DNA from: Candidatus Physcocola equi
GTDB taxonomy: Bacteria; Bacteroidota; Bacteroidia; Bacteroidales; Paludibacteraceae
Direction of reading: 5' to 3'
DNA length: 64,000 nt
Assembly: GCA_018064855.1 (NCBI GenBank)
Contig: JAGHUM010000005.1
Location: forward strand, 38,760 to 102,759
The position numbers and the translations under genes are program-made. The notes under the pieces were generated by a model. It saw only the letters and a program-made list of their open reading frames with translations, had not been told where the DNA came from and made no database searches. Shown here one piece after another: positions 8,770-18,624 of this stretch; the stretch's first letter is position 1, and every line of letters begins with the position of its first letter.

Positions 8770-8777
8770 CAAAGTTA
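8770..8777 (-). promoter_or_regulatory. -7 box TAACTTTG upstream of tRNA-Arg
   Basis: Exact TAnnTTTG match on the - strand, about 23 nt upstream of tRNA position 1. A TTTG lies about 20 nt further upstream. Confidence 0.45.
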
Positions 8778-8883
8778 GGAACATTTTTTCAAACTTGCAA
8801 AACTTCTTCCCTATTTTTTATGTTTTTCATAAAATTTCAGTTGGAAAAAACGAAGCAAAATAAGGAAATGATGAAAAATTAGG

Positions 8884-8891
8884 TAATTTTG
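8884..8891 (+). promoter_or_regulatory. -7 box TAATTTTG for the SDR gene
   Basis: Exact TAnnTTTG match, 20 nt before the ATG at 8912. Confidence 0.4.
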
Positions 8892-8911
8892 AAAAAATAA
8901 ACGAACAGAAA

Positions 8912-9652
8912 ATGAAAACAGGCATCATCATAGGCGCGACAAGCGGAATCGGCCTTGAAGTCTCCCGTCAACTGGTCCAAAAGGGTTGGAAACTTGGGAT
9001 AGCAGGAAGACGAGTTGAACTATTAGAAAAGATCCAGGCAGAACTAGGCAAAAACAATATTGAAATTGGATTCATTGACATTGCAGCAGAAAATTCCGAA
9101 GACCAACTGAAGAAACTGATCCAAAGAACAGAAGAGAATTTTGGAAAAATCGACCTGATTTTCAATGTGTCTGGCATCGGTTCCCAAAACAAAGACTTAA
9201 AACTGGACATTGAACTCAACACAGTCAAAACCAACGCCCTCGGATTCACAAGAATGATGGATACCGCCTTTCAATATTTTACAGAAAAAGGATCGGGACA
9301 CATTGCCGCGGTGAGCAGTATCGCCGGAACGAAAGGGCTAGGGGCAGCCCCTGCATACTCCGCAACGAAAAGATTTCAGAACACCTACCTGCAGTGTTTG
9401 GCCCAACTGGCAACCATAAGGAATCTTGACATAAAATTTACGGATATACGTCCTGGTTTCGTGGATACAGATTTGCTGAAAACGGGCACCTATCCATTAC
9501 TCATGAAACCAACCGACGTGGCGAAAAGCATAGTCAAAGCCATAGAGAGCAAGAAAAGGAAACTCGTGATAGACTGGAAATACGCCATCATAACATTCTT
9601 CTGGAGACTCATTCCCGACTGCATTTGGGAGAGGCTGAAGATTAGTAATTAA
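8912..9652 (+). CDS. Short-chain dehydrogenase/reductase (SDR) family oxidoreductase
   Basis: 246 aa. Cofactor motif GATSGIG and catalytic YSATK. Confidence 0.9.
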   Translation: MKTGIIIGATSGIGLEVSRQLVQKGWKLGIAGRRVELLEKIQAELGKNNIEIGFIDIAAENSEDQLKKLIQRTEENFGKIDLIFNVSGIGSQNKDLKLDIELNTVKTNALGFTRMMDTAFQYFTEKGSGHIAAVSSIAGTKGLGAAPAYSATKRFQNTYLQCLAQLATIRNLDIKFTDIRPGFVDTDLLKTGTYPLLMKPTDVAKSIVKAIESKKRKLVIDWKYAIITFFWRLIPDCIWERLKISN

Positions 9653-9670
9653 TGATAATAGGCTATAAAT

Positions 9671-9703
9671 AAAAAACGAACGCTTTTTCAAGCGTTCGTT
9701 TTT
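9671..9703. terminator. Bidirectional terminator between the SDR gene and pyrC
   Basis: Hairpin acgaacgct / agcgttcgt, flanked by an A-run and a T-run. Confidence 0.65.
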
Positions 9704-9726
9704 CGTATATACACGACAGAATCAAC

Positions 9727-11076
9727 TTATCTGACGAAAGAAAGCATCTGTCCTTTAGTCTCTTCGTTGATTTTACCTTCATCGTAAACGACAACACCGT
9801 TGACGAGGGTCTTTTCAACTTTGTAAGAGAACTTTTCACCTTCAACAGGAGACCAACCGCATTTATACTGCAAATCTTTAGCTTCCACTGTATAAGGATC
9901 ATTTGGAGAAATGATCACGAGGTCGGCATAATATCCCTTTCTGATATAGCCACGTTTTTCCACACCGAATATCTTGGCTGGATTGTGGCACATTTTCTCA
10001 ACCACCTGTTCGCGTGTGAAAGCGCCTTTCTTTGCCAATTCGAGCATCATAGGCAGAGCATGCTGAATAGAAGGAATACCACTTGCGGCTGTAAGAGCGT
10101 CGCCTTCCTTCTCAGAAAGCAAGTGTGGAGCATGGTCAGTAGCGATGGTATCGATGATTCCTTTAGCCACACCCTGCTGCAAACCTTCACGGCTCTTTCC
10201 CTTCTTGATAGACGGGCAGCACTTGATGCGTGCGCCAAGGCGTTCGTAATCGGCATCAGAGAACCAAAGATAATTGACAGTTGTCTCTGCTGTGATATTT
10301 TCCTTTTCAGCTTCAGGGATTCTGTCGAACAAAGCCAATTCTTTCAATGTGCTGAGATGAAGCACATGGAGATGAGTATGATGTTTCAAAGCCAAATCAA
10401 TAGCGGCAGCAGTTGACTTGTAGCAAGCATCCGAATTGCGGATGGTAGAATGGCAAATCATAGGAATTGGTTTGCCGGCATATTCCTCCTTCGCTTTCTC
10501 CGCATTTTCCGCAATCATCGCATCATCTTCGTTATGAGTTGCGATAAGCACAGGAGAGTTAGCGAATATATCCTCCAATTTGGCACGATCGTGAACAGCA
10601 AAGCTGCTTGTGGTTGATCCCATGAAGAGTTTAAGTCCGCAAACCTTCGACGGATCAATCTTCTTGATTTCATCCACATTGTCGTCTGTAGCACCCATAT
10701 AGCAAGAGAAATTCACAAGGGACTTTGCAGACAACTGCTTCATCTTTTCCTCCCAAAGAGCCATCGAAGTGGTTGGAGGTGTGGTGTTTGGCATATCCAT
10801 TACAGAAGTCACGCCACCGGCTACGGCAGCACGGCTTTCAGTCAAGAAATCAGCCTTATGAGTCATACCAGGATCGCGGAAATGAACATGAGTATCAATC
10901 ACACCTGGCAGCACCCATTTATCTTCTGCATCGATGATGTCGGCTTTGGTCTTTACAGATTCAGGGACATCATCTTTGAATATCTTTGAAATCTTGCCAT
11001 CTTCAATCAAAAGGGATCCTTTGTAAGAATTACCATCGTTGATGATTTTGGCTTTATAAATAAGAATCGGTTTCAT
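9727..11076 (-). CDS. pyrC: Dihydroorotase (amidohydrolase superfamily)
   Basis: Contains DTHVHFRDPG and other metal-ligand His/Asp blocks (ATHNED, HVLHLST, ATDHAPH). The track ORF starts at a TTG (11103). I prefer the ATG at 11076 (MKPILIYKAKIINDG). Confidence 0.8.
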   Translation of the reverse strand: MKPILIYKAKIINDGNSYKGSLLIEDGKISKIFKDDVPESVKTKADIIDAEDKWVLPGVIDTHVHFRDPGMTHKADFLTESRAAVAGGVTSVMDMPNTTPPTTSMALWEEKMKQLSAKSLVNFSCYMGATDDNVDEIKKIDPSKVCGLKLFMGSTTSSFAVHDRAKLEDIFANSPVLIATHNEDDAMIAENAEKAKEEYAGKPIPMICHSTIRNSDACYKSTAAAIDLALKHHTHLHVLHLSTLKELALFDRIPEAEKENITAETTVNYLWFSDADYERLGARIKCCPSIKKGKSREGLQQGVAKGIIDTIATDHAPHLLSEKEGDALTAASGIPSIQHALPMMLELAKKGAFTREQVVEKMCHNPAKIFGVEKRGYIRKGYYADLVIISPNDPYTVEAKDLQYKCGWSPVEGEKFSYKVEKTLVNGVVVYDEGKINEETKGQMLSFVR

Positions 11077-11110
11077 AAAAAAGAGTAAAAAAGTGTATTT
11101 CAATGGAGGG

Positions 11111-11863
11111 TTAAGCAGCAGAGGAATCTGTTTTTTGAGGATATTTGCGGAAGAAAGATCTAAACTTCATTCTAATCACGCCAAACAACGCCTCGGAAAA
11201 AATTCCGCCACTCATTTTTGAAGAGCCTAAAACACGGTTTACAAATATAATAGGAACTTCCTTTATTATAAATCCGCACTTGAATGCGGTAAATTTCATT
11301 TCGATTTGGAAAGCGTAGCCCTTGAACTGAATCTTATCCAATTCAATGCACTTCAACACGCTTGTGCGATAGCACACGAATCCGGCAGTAGTATCGGCCA
11401 CATTCAACCCCGTCACCAAACGAACGTACTTAGAGGCAAAATATGACATCAAGACACGCCCCATCGGCCAATTGACCACATTCACACCGCTGACGTAACG
11501 GGATCCGACAGACAAATCGGCACCCTCTTCCGCGCAAGCGGCATGCAATTTAAGCAAATCATTTGGATTGTGAGAGAAATCGGCATCCATTTCAAACACA
11601 AAATCATAGTTGTGTTCGATCGCCCACTTAAAACCAGTGATATAAGCAGTGCCCAAGCCCTGCTTTCCAGCTCTTTCCAGCAGGTGAAGTTTACCATCAA
11701 ATTCAGATTGCAAACGTTTCACAATAGACGCAGTTCCATCGGGAGAACCATCATCTATGACGAGCACATGAAACTCTTTTGGCAGTGCAAACACCGCCTT
11801 AATTATATTCTCTATATTTTCCTTCTCGTTATAAGTAGGAATAATTACAACCCCGTCGTTCAC
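11111..11863 (-). CDS. GT2 polyprenol-phosphate mannosyltransferase (Dpm1-like)
   Basis: 250 aa with IIPTYNEKENI, VIDDGSPDGT and MDADFSHNP. Confidence 0.85.
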   Translation of the reverse strand: MNDGVVIIPTYNEKENIENIIKAVFALPKEFHVLVIDDGSPDGTASIVKRLQSEFDGKLHLLERAGKQGLGTAYITGFKWAIEHNYDFVFEMDADFSHNPNDLLKLHAACAEEGADLSVGSRYVSGVNVVNWPMGRVLMSYFASKYVRLVTGLNVADTTAGFVCYRTSVLKCIELDKIQFKGYAFQIEMKFTAFKCGFIIKEVPIIFVNRVLGSSKMSGGIFSEALFGVIRMKFRSFFRKYPQKTDSSAA

Positions 11864-11969
11864 AATTGAAATAAATTATAAGTCTTTACGCAAATATAGT
11901 CACAAAAAATCAAAAACACACTATTCACCCCCCATTTTTTATTCAAACAAAGAGGGAAAAGCAAGGTAT

Positions 11970-12875
11970 TCACTGCATTCTTGCGGCAATTCGGTCATCC
12001 ACAAACTTTTGCAGTTCCGGAGAGTCAATGATACGGACATGATCAATCAAGCCCAGCACAAAACGTCCCACACCAAACAATTGATACACGGTTGTTTTCA
12101 GCAGCCATGTTCCTTTTTTTGTTTTTCTGATGTGTTTTTTTGCCTCTGGATATTCCTCGGTAATCAGGTTATGAGAAAGGTTGTCGAGTTCAAGTTCAAC
12201 ATTGTAACGTTCATCTCCGCTGGTACGAAAAACATCACGGTCATATACGACGTGCGCATCCGAGAATTGCCACTTACCATTAAGAACAACCTTGCCCCCA
12301 ATACGAGACACCTTAAACTGCTTGCACTTGCCATCTTTGGTATCATAGCACCACACCTTTGAAAAGTGTTCATCGTCGAACTTGTACGGTTCAACATATC
12401 TGTCGCTATTGCCACCTTTTCCTCCAGAAGAGTAATTCTCGATAATCACAGCAAGATGTCGCTCAATGGCCTCCTTGAGCACATAAATATTTTCACGAAG
12501 AGGAGAAGATGCGACACTGCCAATCACAGTTTCGAAATCAAACGTAGCTGCCAGTTTGGAAATCAGTTTATTCTGAAAATCCACATCCGAATTAAGAGAA
12601 GCCATCACATCGCAAACCAGCGTAGCCTCCTCTTCAGAGAAATGAATGATGTCTGACAAATTCGTATAGTTCTTTCCACTCTTGGCAAATGTGTATCGGC
12701 CACGATCTTTAACGACAGCAAACCCCTCTTCCATCAGAGAAGAAATATAACGGTATGCAGTTCGTTCAGAGACATCCAACCTTGTCGCTATAGTCTTTAT
12801 ATCAATGGCATTCTGTCCGGAAAGAAGTTTGAACAGTTTAAAAATCTTACAAATACTTGATTGTTCAATATTCAT
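11970..12875 (-). CDS. HTH + WYL domain transcriptional regulator
   Basis: 301 aa. The N-terminal HTH is IKTIATRLDVSERTAYRYISSLMEEGF. The central WYL-like block is RYVEPYKFDDEHFSKVWCYDTKDGKCKQFKVSRI. Confidence 0.7.
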   Translation of the reverse strand: MNIEQSSICKIFKLFKLLSGQNAIDIKTIATRLDVSERTAYRYISSLMEEGFAVVKDRGRYTFAKSGKNYTNLSDIIHFSEEEATLVCDVMASLNSDVDFQNKLISKLAATFDFETVIGSVASSPLRENIYVLKEAIERHLAVIIENYSSGGKGGNSDRYVEPYKFDDEHFSKVWCYDTKDGKCKQFKVSRIGGKVVLNGKWQFSDAHVVYDRDVFRTSGDERYNVELELDNLSHNLITEEYPEAKKHIRKTKKGTWLLKTTVYQLFGVGRFVLGLIDHVRIIDSPELQKFVDDRIAARMQ

Positions 12876-12906
12876 CGCAATATCACTTTATGAGACCAAT
12901 ATGAAG

Positions 12907-12914
12907 CAAATGTA
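12907..12914 (-). promoter_or_regulatory. -7 box TACATTTG for the WYL regulator gene
   Basis: Exact TAnnTTTG match on the - strand, 31 nt upstream of the ATG at 12875. Confidence 0.4.
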
Positions 12915-12996
12915 ATGACATTATCTGACATAAGCAACACGGGCATAGGCAATTCCAATAAAATCGGGCAAAAAAGCAAATTCACAAATTATCGGT

Positions 12997-13914
12997 TTAC
13001 ATCTGTTCCGTATTACCTTTGGCTGCCAACATCACGCCAAACAAAATCAGGCAAGATCCCAAGACTGTGGATATGGACAACGGCTCATTTATAATAAAAT
13101 ATGCAAAAAACATAGTCGCAACAGGGTTAAAATAAATGAGGTTGGAGGCCTTCAGCACACCAATCGTTTTCACAACATACGTCCACGCCAGGAAACAAGC
13201 ACAAGAACTTATCAACGCCAGATACACCCAACAGAACACATGGGAAAAAGGCAAACTCTGAATCTGGTCCAGATTCAAATTGCAAAGAGCGAAAGGGGAA
13301 ACCGTAATCAAGCCATAAAAGAACACCTTTCTGTTGATAAAAAACACATCGTATTTGGAAGACAAACCACGAATCAACAAAGTGTAGATCGCCCAACTAA
13401 AACAAGCGGCTATCGCCAAAACATCTCCCAACCAATGCATACTGAACGACTTACCATAAAACTCCACCACAGCCAAACCTGCCACCGCAATAAAAGCACC
13501 GGCAAAGAGTTGAGGTTTCGCCTTTACGTCTTTCAGGAAGAGCACAGCCAAGAAAGAAGACACCATCGGCGTAGAACAGATGATGAATGAGACATTGGAA
13601 GCAGTGGAATATATGAGAGATGTATTCTCCAGCACATAATAGACAGAGCCACCAGACAGGCCTAAACTCAAAAAAAGCAGTTCATCCTTCCAAGACTGTG
13701 AAAAGAAGGAAGAATGCGACAAGAAAACCAGACAAATGTATGACATCAAAGCACGTCCGCAATAAATAACGTAGGGGTCCAATCCATAAGAGACAAGGAC
13801 TTTTGAGCAAACGTATGACGAGCCCCATATCAAGACGACAACAAGAGCAACGATATAGCCCAGTGATTTGTGATTTTGTTTCGAAAGCATAGGAAATCTC
13901 AAAAAAACATGCAA
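12997..13914 (-). CDS. EamA/DMT family transporter
   Basis: 305 aa with 10 predicted TM helices and two EamA-like halves (IWGSSYV...). An alternative start is at 13890 (MLSKQ...). Confidence 0.8.
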   Translation of the reverse strand: MHVFLRFPMLSKQNHKSLGYIVALVVVLIWGSSYVCSKVLVSYGLDPYVIYCGRALMSYICLVFLSHSSFFSQSWKDELLFLSLGLSGGSVYYVLENTSLIYSTASNVSFIICSTPMVSSFLAVLFLKDVKAKPQLFAGAFIAVAGLAVVEFYGKSFSMHWLGDVLAIAACFSWAIYTLLIRGLSSKYDVFFINRKVFFYGLITVSPFALCNLNLDQIQSLPFSHVFCWVYLALISSCACFLAWTYVVKTIGVLKASNLIYFNPVATMFFAYFIINEPLSISTVLGSCLILFGVMLAAKGNTEQM

Positions 13915-14000
13915 AAGAAATGAAAAATAAGCACAACAAAGACAACATTCACAATTTATTTACTATTTTTATGGATAAAACACTAAACATACGCAATATA

Positions 14001-16061
14001 ATGAATGCAATAAAAAGATATATCATCTTAATCATCTCCATTTTCTTGAGTTGCGAATGGGCACTATCCCAGGATTTTGTCACACTCAGCACCAGCAGTA
14101 CAGGCAGTCTGAAAGAAAAACTGAATGAAGAAGACTGGAAAGAGATTTCCAAACTCAAAGTGGTAGGACCTGTCAATGCGGAAGACATCAGTTGGGTGAG
14201 ACGTTTCGCCATTGCCGACAGCGGGAAACTCAAAGCAATCGATTTGAGTGAGACACAATTATTCGCCATTGGTGATGAGAGTTTTTCAGAATGCACCAAC
14301 CTCGAATCCATCATCTTACCGGAAATCATCACACAAATCGGCAAATCGGCATTTGGCGGATGCAAGAAGCTGAAAGAAGTAAAGATTCCGTCAAAAGTCA
14401 CACAAATAGGCGAATACGCTTTCGCTGAATGCGAAGAACTAAAGAGCATCAAACTGCCAGAAAGTGTGACAGAAGTGCCGGCAGGTTGCTTTGCGGACTG
14501 CAAACAACTGGAAACCGTGAATATTCCGAGCAACGCGACGAGCCTGGGCAAAGAAGCCTTTGCAAGATGTATAAATCTGAAAACCATAGAAATACCAGCA
14601 AGCATCAGCAGTATTGGTGGTGCGGTATTCGCAGGATGCTACGAACTTGCATTCATCAAAGTAAGTCCGAACAACAAGAAATACTGCGCGACTGCCGGTG
14701 GCGTGCTATACAGCAAAGACGGAAAACACATCTTACAATACCCAGCAGGCAAAAAAGGGGACATATACACCGTTCCTCAAGGAGTAACACGCATTGGCAT
14801 GTACGCATTTTCCGGCAGCAAGTATCTGGAAAAAATCACCATCCCATCCACCTGCACATGGGTGGGATACGGATCGTTTTACGAATGTGAAAAACTGAAA
14901 AGCATTGAGTTGCCAGCCCAAATAGACCGTATCGGTGAAGACCTTTTCTACAACTGCGCCAATCTGGAGAACATCACAATTCCAGAAAACGCCACATTCA
15001 TCGGCCCCAACGCATTTCACGGATGTGTGAAATTGAAACAAATAAATATCCCTAAAAAAGTGGGGAGAATAGGCAAGCAAGCATTTTTCGGATGTAGAAG
15101 TCTGGAACGAATCGAGATACCATCGGGCATCGACACCATACACCAATCCACATTTGTAGGATGCAGAAAACTGGCAGAAATCAAACTGCCGGAGACCATC
15201 GTATGCATTGAAGAAATGGCCTTTGCGGCAGACAGCAGCCTGAAAAGCATAAAACTGCCCAACGGATTGAAAGCCATTGGCGGCGGAGCGTTTGGCGCCT
15301 GCATGAGTTTAGAGGAAATACACATTCCTGAGAGCGTGAACATGATAGACTATGCCGCCTTTGTGAATTGCCGCAGGTTGAGAAATCTTACCATACCGGC
15401 ATCGACAGACAGCGTCGGCATCAGCGCATTTGCAGGTTGTGATTCATTGATGACCCTGACCGTAAAAGGAAACAACCCACCAAAATCAAATGTGTTGGCA
15501 GCATACGCCATCACCGACACGCTGCAACTCAACGTTCCTTCATCAACAGAAGAAGCATACCACACCGCACTTGGATGGAAAGAGATAAAGCACATCAACA
15601 ACAAGCGCTATGAAGTGGAGCACTTAGACGCAGCCATCGACCTCAGCGACAAATTCGACATCGAATCAATGGGAGTTGCAGAAGATGTGTTTTTAGTCTA
15701 TTCGTCATTATCCGGAGCCATGAGAGACTTTTCTGTAGAAATGATGGAAGACAACACTGTTTACAAAGTAAGTGAAGTAGATACACAGGCAGAATATCCA
15801 GGTTCAGTCAGCGCGCTTCAGAGTTACCTGAAAAATGGCGTTCATTATCCATCGCATGCAAAAGGCAAGAAAGGCGTCGTGGAAATCACATTCATCATAG
15901 AGAAAAACGGCAAAGTCAGCCATCTTAAAGTCGAGCAAAGCCAAGGAAACGAATTAGACGCAGAAGCCGTAGCCGCCGTGAATGACATGCAGACATGGAA
16001 AGCGGCGGAAAAAGACGGGAAAAAAGTACGCCAGGAAGGAAAAGTCAGCATTCGATTCTAA
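14001..16061 (+). CDS. BspA-type leucine-rich-repeat (LRR_5) surface protein with a C-terminal TonB_C-like domain
   Basis: The track ORF is 13920..16061. I prefer the ATG at 14001 (MNAIKRYIILIISIFLSCEWALSQD, a signal peptide). There are about 18 repeats of the form IxIPxSVTxIGxxAFxxCxxL. The last roughly 85 aa (AEYPGSVSALQSYLKNGVHYPSHAKGKKGVVEITFIIEKNGKVSHLKV...) resemble a TonB C-terminal domain. Confidence 0.8.
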   Translation: MNAIKRYIILIISIFLSCEWALSQDFVTLSTSSTGSLKEKLNEEDWKEISKLKVVGPVNAEDISWVRRFAIADSGKLKAIDLSETQLFAIGDESFSECTNLESIILPEIITQIGKSAFGGCKKLKEVKIPSKVTQIGEYAFAECEELKSIKLPESVTEVPAGCFADCKQLETVNIPSNATSLGKEAFARCINLKTIEIPASISSIGGAVFAGCYELAFIKVSPNNKKYCATAGGVLYSKDGKHILQYPAGKKGDIYTVPQGVTRIGMYAFSGSKYLEKITIPSTCTWVGYGSFYECEKLKSIELPAQIDRIGEDLFYNCANLENITIPENATFIGPNAFHGCVKLKQINIPKKVGRIGKQAFFGCRSLERIEIPSGIDTIHQSTFVGCRKLAEIKLPETIVCIEEMAFAADSSLKSIKLPNGLKAIGGGAFGACMSLEEIHIPESVNMIDYAAFVNCRRLRNLTIPASTDSVGISAFAGCDSLMTLTVKGNNPPKSNVLAAYAITDTLQLNVPSSTEEAYHTALGWKEIKHINNKRYEVEHLDAAIDLSDKFDIESMGVAEDVFLVYSSLSGAMRDFSVEMMEDNTVYKVSEVDTQAEYPGSVSALQSYLKNGVHYPSHAKGKKGVVEITFIIEKNGKVSHLKVEQSQGNELDAEAVAAVNDMQTWKAAEKDGKKVRQEGKVSIRF

Positions 16062-16080
16062 CCCGTATATTCTACCAGAC

Positions 16081-16554
16081 ATGAAAGACTTCATTATCAA
16101 CATCAAGGACTTTGTTTTATATACATTATTGAATCGCAAACGCAACAAAAAATGGCTTGAGTATCAAAACAATCTGATAAAAATGTATTTCTCTTTCAAT
16201 GAACTGAAGGCCATAGAACAGAATTGCGACCGGATATTACACGAAGCCTTATCCAAAGCAAACATAACCGACAGCATGAGCGTCAGCGTCAGTCAAATAC
16301 CCAAAGAATATAAAGCGCTTGTCTCCTTCGGAATGGCAGCCAAAGCAATAGACAGAGGGTATAAAAACATAGAAATGATAGCCGCCACAAAAGAAGACAG
16401 GGGCTATCTCAACGATTTACTCAGCATGGAAAGAATATTCCAAGAAAACTGCAGCATCAAAGACGGCGAAAAGGAGAATAATCAGCCGGAAGAAACAACA
16501 ACCAACAGCGTGAAGAAGAGAAAAGGGAAAACCCTTATCATCCACTACGAATAA
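16081..16554 (+). CDS. Hypothetical protein (157 aa)
   Basis: ATG at 16081, 20 nt after the LRR stop. The track ORF 15982.. overlaps the LRR gene and is probably an over-extension. No recognisable motif. The C-terminus is acidic then basic. Confidence 0.45.
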   Translation: MKDFIINIKDFVLYTLLNRKRNKKWLEYQNNLIKMYFSFNELKAIEQNCDRILHEALSKANITDSMSVSVSQIPKEYKALVSFGMAAKAIDRGYKNIEMIAATKEDRGYLNDLLSMERIFQENCSIKDGEKENNQPEETTTNSVKKRKGKTLIIHYE

Positions 16555-16625
16555 AACGCATCAAAAAAAAGAAGGGCAATCTTTGAAAAAGCAAAGAAAA
16601 CACGCTTATTTACAAAAAAAAGACT

Positions 16626-16633
16626 TAAATTTG
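16626..16633 (+). promoter_or_regulatory. -7 box TAAATTTG for glyA
   Basis: Exact TAnnTTTG match, 35 nt before the ATG at 16669. Confidence 0.45.
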
Positions 16634-16668
16634 CGAAAAAATACAAGCTATAAAAACACTATAGATTT

Positions 16669-17949
16669 ATGAATAGAGACAACGCCGTTTTCGACTTGAT
16701 CGAAAAAGAGCATCTTCGCCAGGTAAGAGGCATAGAGCTCATCGCTTCGGAAAACTTTGTAAGTGAAGAAGTTATGCGTGCCATGGGTTCATGCGTAACA
16801 AACAAGTACGCCGAAGGCCTTCCAGGCCACCGTTACTATGGCGGTTGCGAGGTAGTGGACCAGATTGAAAGACTTGCACAGGACCGTTTGAAAGAACTTT
16901 ACGGTGCAGAATGGGTAAACGTACAGCCACACTCTGGCGCACAAGCAAATGCAGCCGTATTCTTGGCTTGCTTAAAGTCTGGCGACAAATTCATGGGTCT
17001 TAACCTTTCACACGGTGGTCACCTTTCACACGGCTCACAGGTTAACTTCTCTGGTCTTATGTTTAACGCATGCTGCTACAACGTAAACCAGGAGACCGGC
17101 ATGGTTGACTACGAAGAACTTGAAAAGACAGCGCTTGCAGAACAGCCAAAACTCATCATCGCAGGTGCTTCAGCATACTCACGCGAATGGGATTACGAAC
17201 GCATCCGTAAGGTTGCAGACCAGATCGGTGCAATCTTCATGGTAGATATGGCACACCCTGCAGGTCTTATTGCCGCAGGTTTGCTTAAGAACCCATTGAA
17301 ATACGCCCACATCGTAACTACCACTACTCACAAGACACTTCGTGGTCCTCGTGGTGGTGTTATCCTTCTTGGCAAAGACTTCGACAACCCATGGGGTTAC
17401 ACCAACAACAAGGGTGAAGTTAAGAAGATGAGCCAGTTGCTCGATTCAGCAGTATTCCCAGGCATCCAGGGTGGTCCGCTTGAACACGTTATCGCAGCCA
17501 AGGCTGTCGCTTTCGGTGAAGCCCTTACCCCTGCATATAAAGAATATGCAAAGCAGGTTCAGAAGAACGCCGCTGTTATGGCAAAGGCATTCATGGACAA
17601 GGGTTACAATATCGTATCTGGCGGTACAGACAACCACTGCATGCTCGTTGACCTTCGCAACAAGTTCCCAGAACTTACTGGTAAACTCGCAGAAAAGGCA
17701 TTGGTAGCAGCAGACATCACCACCAACAAGAACATGGTGCCATTCGACACACGTTCTCCATTCCTCACTTCAGGTTTGCGTTTCGGTACTCCAGCGATCA
17801 CAACCCGTGGTGCGAAAGAAGATTTGATGCTTGAAATCGTAGAAATGATCGACACCGTTCTCTGCAACCCAGAAAACGACGCAAACATCAAAGCTGTTCG
17901 CGAAAAAGTTAACAGCATCATGATGGAATACCCAATGTTCGCTTGGTAA
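16669..17949 (+). CDS. glyA: Serine hydroxymethyltransferase
   Basis: 426 aa with [22 protein letters not shown] and [14 protein letters not shown] (PLP lysine). Confidence 0.95.
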   Translation: MNRDNAVFDLIEKEHLRQVRGIELIASENFVSEEVMRAMGSCVTNKYAEGLPGHRYYGGCEVVDQIERLAQDRLKELYGAEWVNVQPHSGAQANAAVFLACLKSGDKFMGLNLSHGGHLSHGSQVNFSGLMFNACCYNVNQETGMVDYEELEKTALAEQPKLIIAGASAYSREWDYERIRKVADQIGAIFMVDMAHPAGLIAAGLLKNPLKYAHIVTTTTHKTLRGPRGGVILLGKDFDNPWGYTNNKGEVKKMSQLLDSAVFPGIQGGPLEHVIAAKAVAFGEALTPAYKEYAKQVQKNAAVMAKAFMDKGYNIVSGGTDNHCMLVDLRNKFPELTGKLAEKALVAADITTNKNMVPFDTRSPFLTSGLRFGTPAITTRGAKEDLMLEIVEMIDTVLCNPENDANIKAVREKVNSIMMEYPMFAW

Positions 17950-17970
17950 TTCAAAAAAACATCATAAATC

Positions 17971-18001
17971 AAAGCGCATCCCACAAGGATGCGCTTTTTT
18001 T
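17971..18001 (+). terminator. Rho-independent terminator of glyA
   Basis: Hairpin gcgcatcc cacaa ggatgcgc followed by a T7 run. Confidence 0.7.
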
Positions 18002-18088
18002 GTTTGCCATAATGCCCGACAATTCGCCAGAAAGCATTTTTTTGCCAACCTTAATGAACATCAACTTCAATATGTCATCTACAATTTG

Positions 18089-18096
18089 TATATTTG
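18089..18096 (+). promoter_or_regulatory. -7 box TATATTTG for the Fur-family gene
   Basis: Exact TAnnTTTG match, 21 nt before the ATG at 18118. Confidence 0.45.
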
Positions 18097-18101
18097 CATA
18101 G

Positions 18102-18118
18102 TTTAGAATGATTCTAAA
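18102..18118. promoter_or_regulatory. Perfect 8-1-8 palindrome TTTAGAAT-G-ATTCTAAA, a Fur/PerR-type 7-1-7 box candidate
   Basis: Lies between the -7 box and the start codon of the Fur-family gene. The core TTAGAAT-N-ATTCTAA matches the TTATAAT-N-ATTATAA (PerR) and TGATAAT-N-ATTATCA (Fur) layouts at 6 of 7 positions per half-site. Confidence 0.5.
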
Positions 18119-18594
18119 TGGTCAACGAGAAAATGAAAAACACAGATCAGACAAAGAAAGCGGTCATACAGATATTCACCGAGTATCTAAAAAGTCACAA
18201 TTTACGCAAAACACCAGAGCGTTTTGCCATATTGGATATGATATATACCATAGAGGGCCATTTTGACATTGATCAACTCTACAACAAAATGCAAGAAGCA
18301 AATTATCACGTCAGCCGAGCAACCCTATATAATAACATTTCGTTGCTGCTTGACGCTAAATTGCTAAACCGTCATCATATCAACAACCAAGCCCAATACG
18401 AAAAATGCTACAATTCGGGCACACACCATCATTTAATATGTAGTATATGTGGAAAGGTGAAAGAGTTTTCCGACAAAGGCATCCAGCACTCTATAATGGA
18501 CCGAAACACATCCAACTTCACTATCAGCCATTACAGTCTGTATATATACGGTATATGCAGTAAATGCCAAGAAACATTGAAATCAAAAATTTAG
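18118..18594 (+). CDS. Fur family transcriptional regulator (Fur/PerR/Zur-type)
   Basis: 158 aa with LRKTPERFAILDMI, SRATLYNNISLL, HHHLICSICGKV and GICSKC (two CxxC pairs). An alternative start is at 18133 (MKNTDQ). Confidence 0.8.
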   Translation: MVNEKMKNTDQTKKAVIQIFTEYLKSHNLRKTPERFAILDMIYTIEGHFDIDQLYNKMQEANYHVSRATLYNNISLLLDAKLLNRHHINNQAQYEKCYNSGTHHHLICSICGKVKEFSDKGIQHSIMDRNTSNFTISHYSLYIYGICSKCQETLKSKI

Positions 18595-18624
18595 ACTACT
18601 TACCACCCCACAATTTGTGACATC

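Noticed and set aside
15982-16080. N-terminal extension of the 190-aa ORF overlapping the LRR gene
   Set aside because: It overlaps the LRR coding end by 80 nt. An ATG at 16081 right after the LRR stop gives a cleaner gene.
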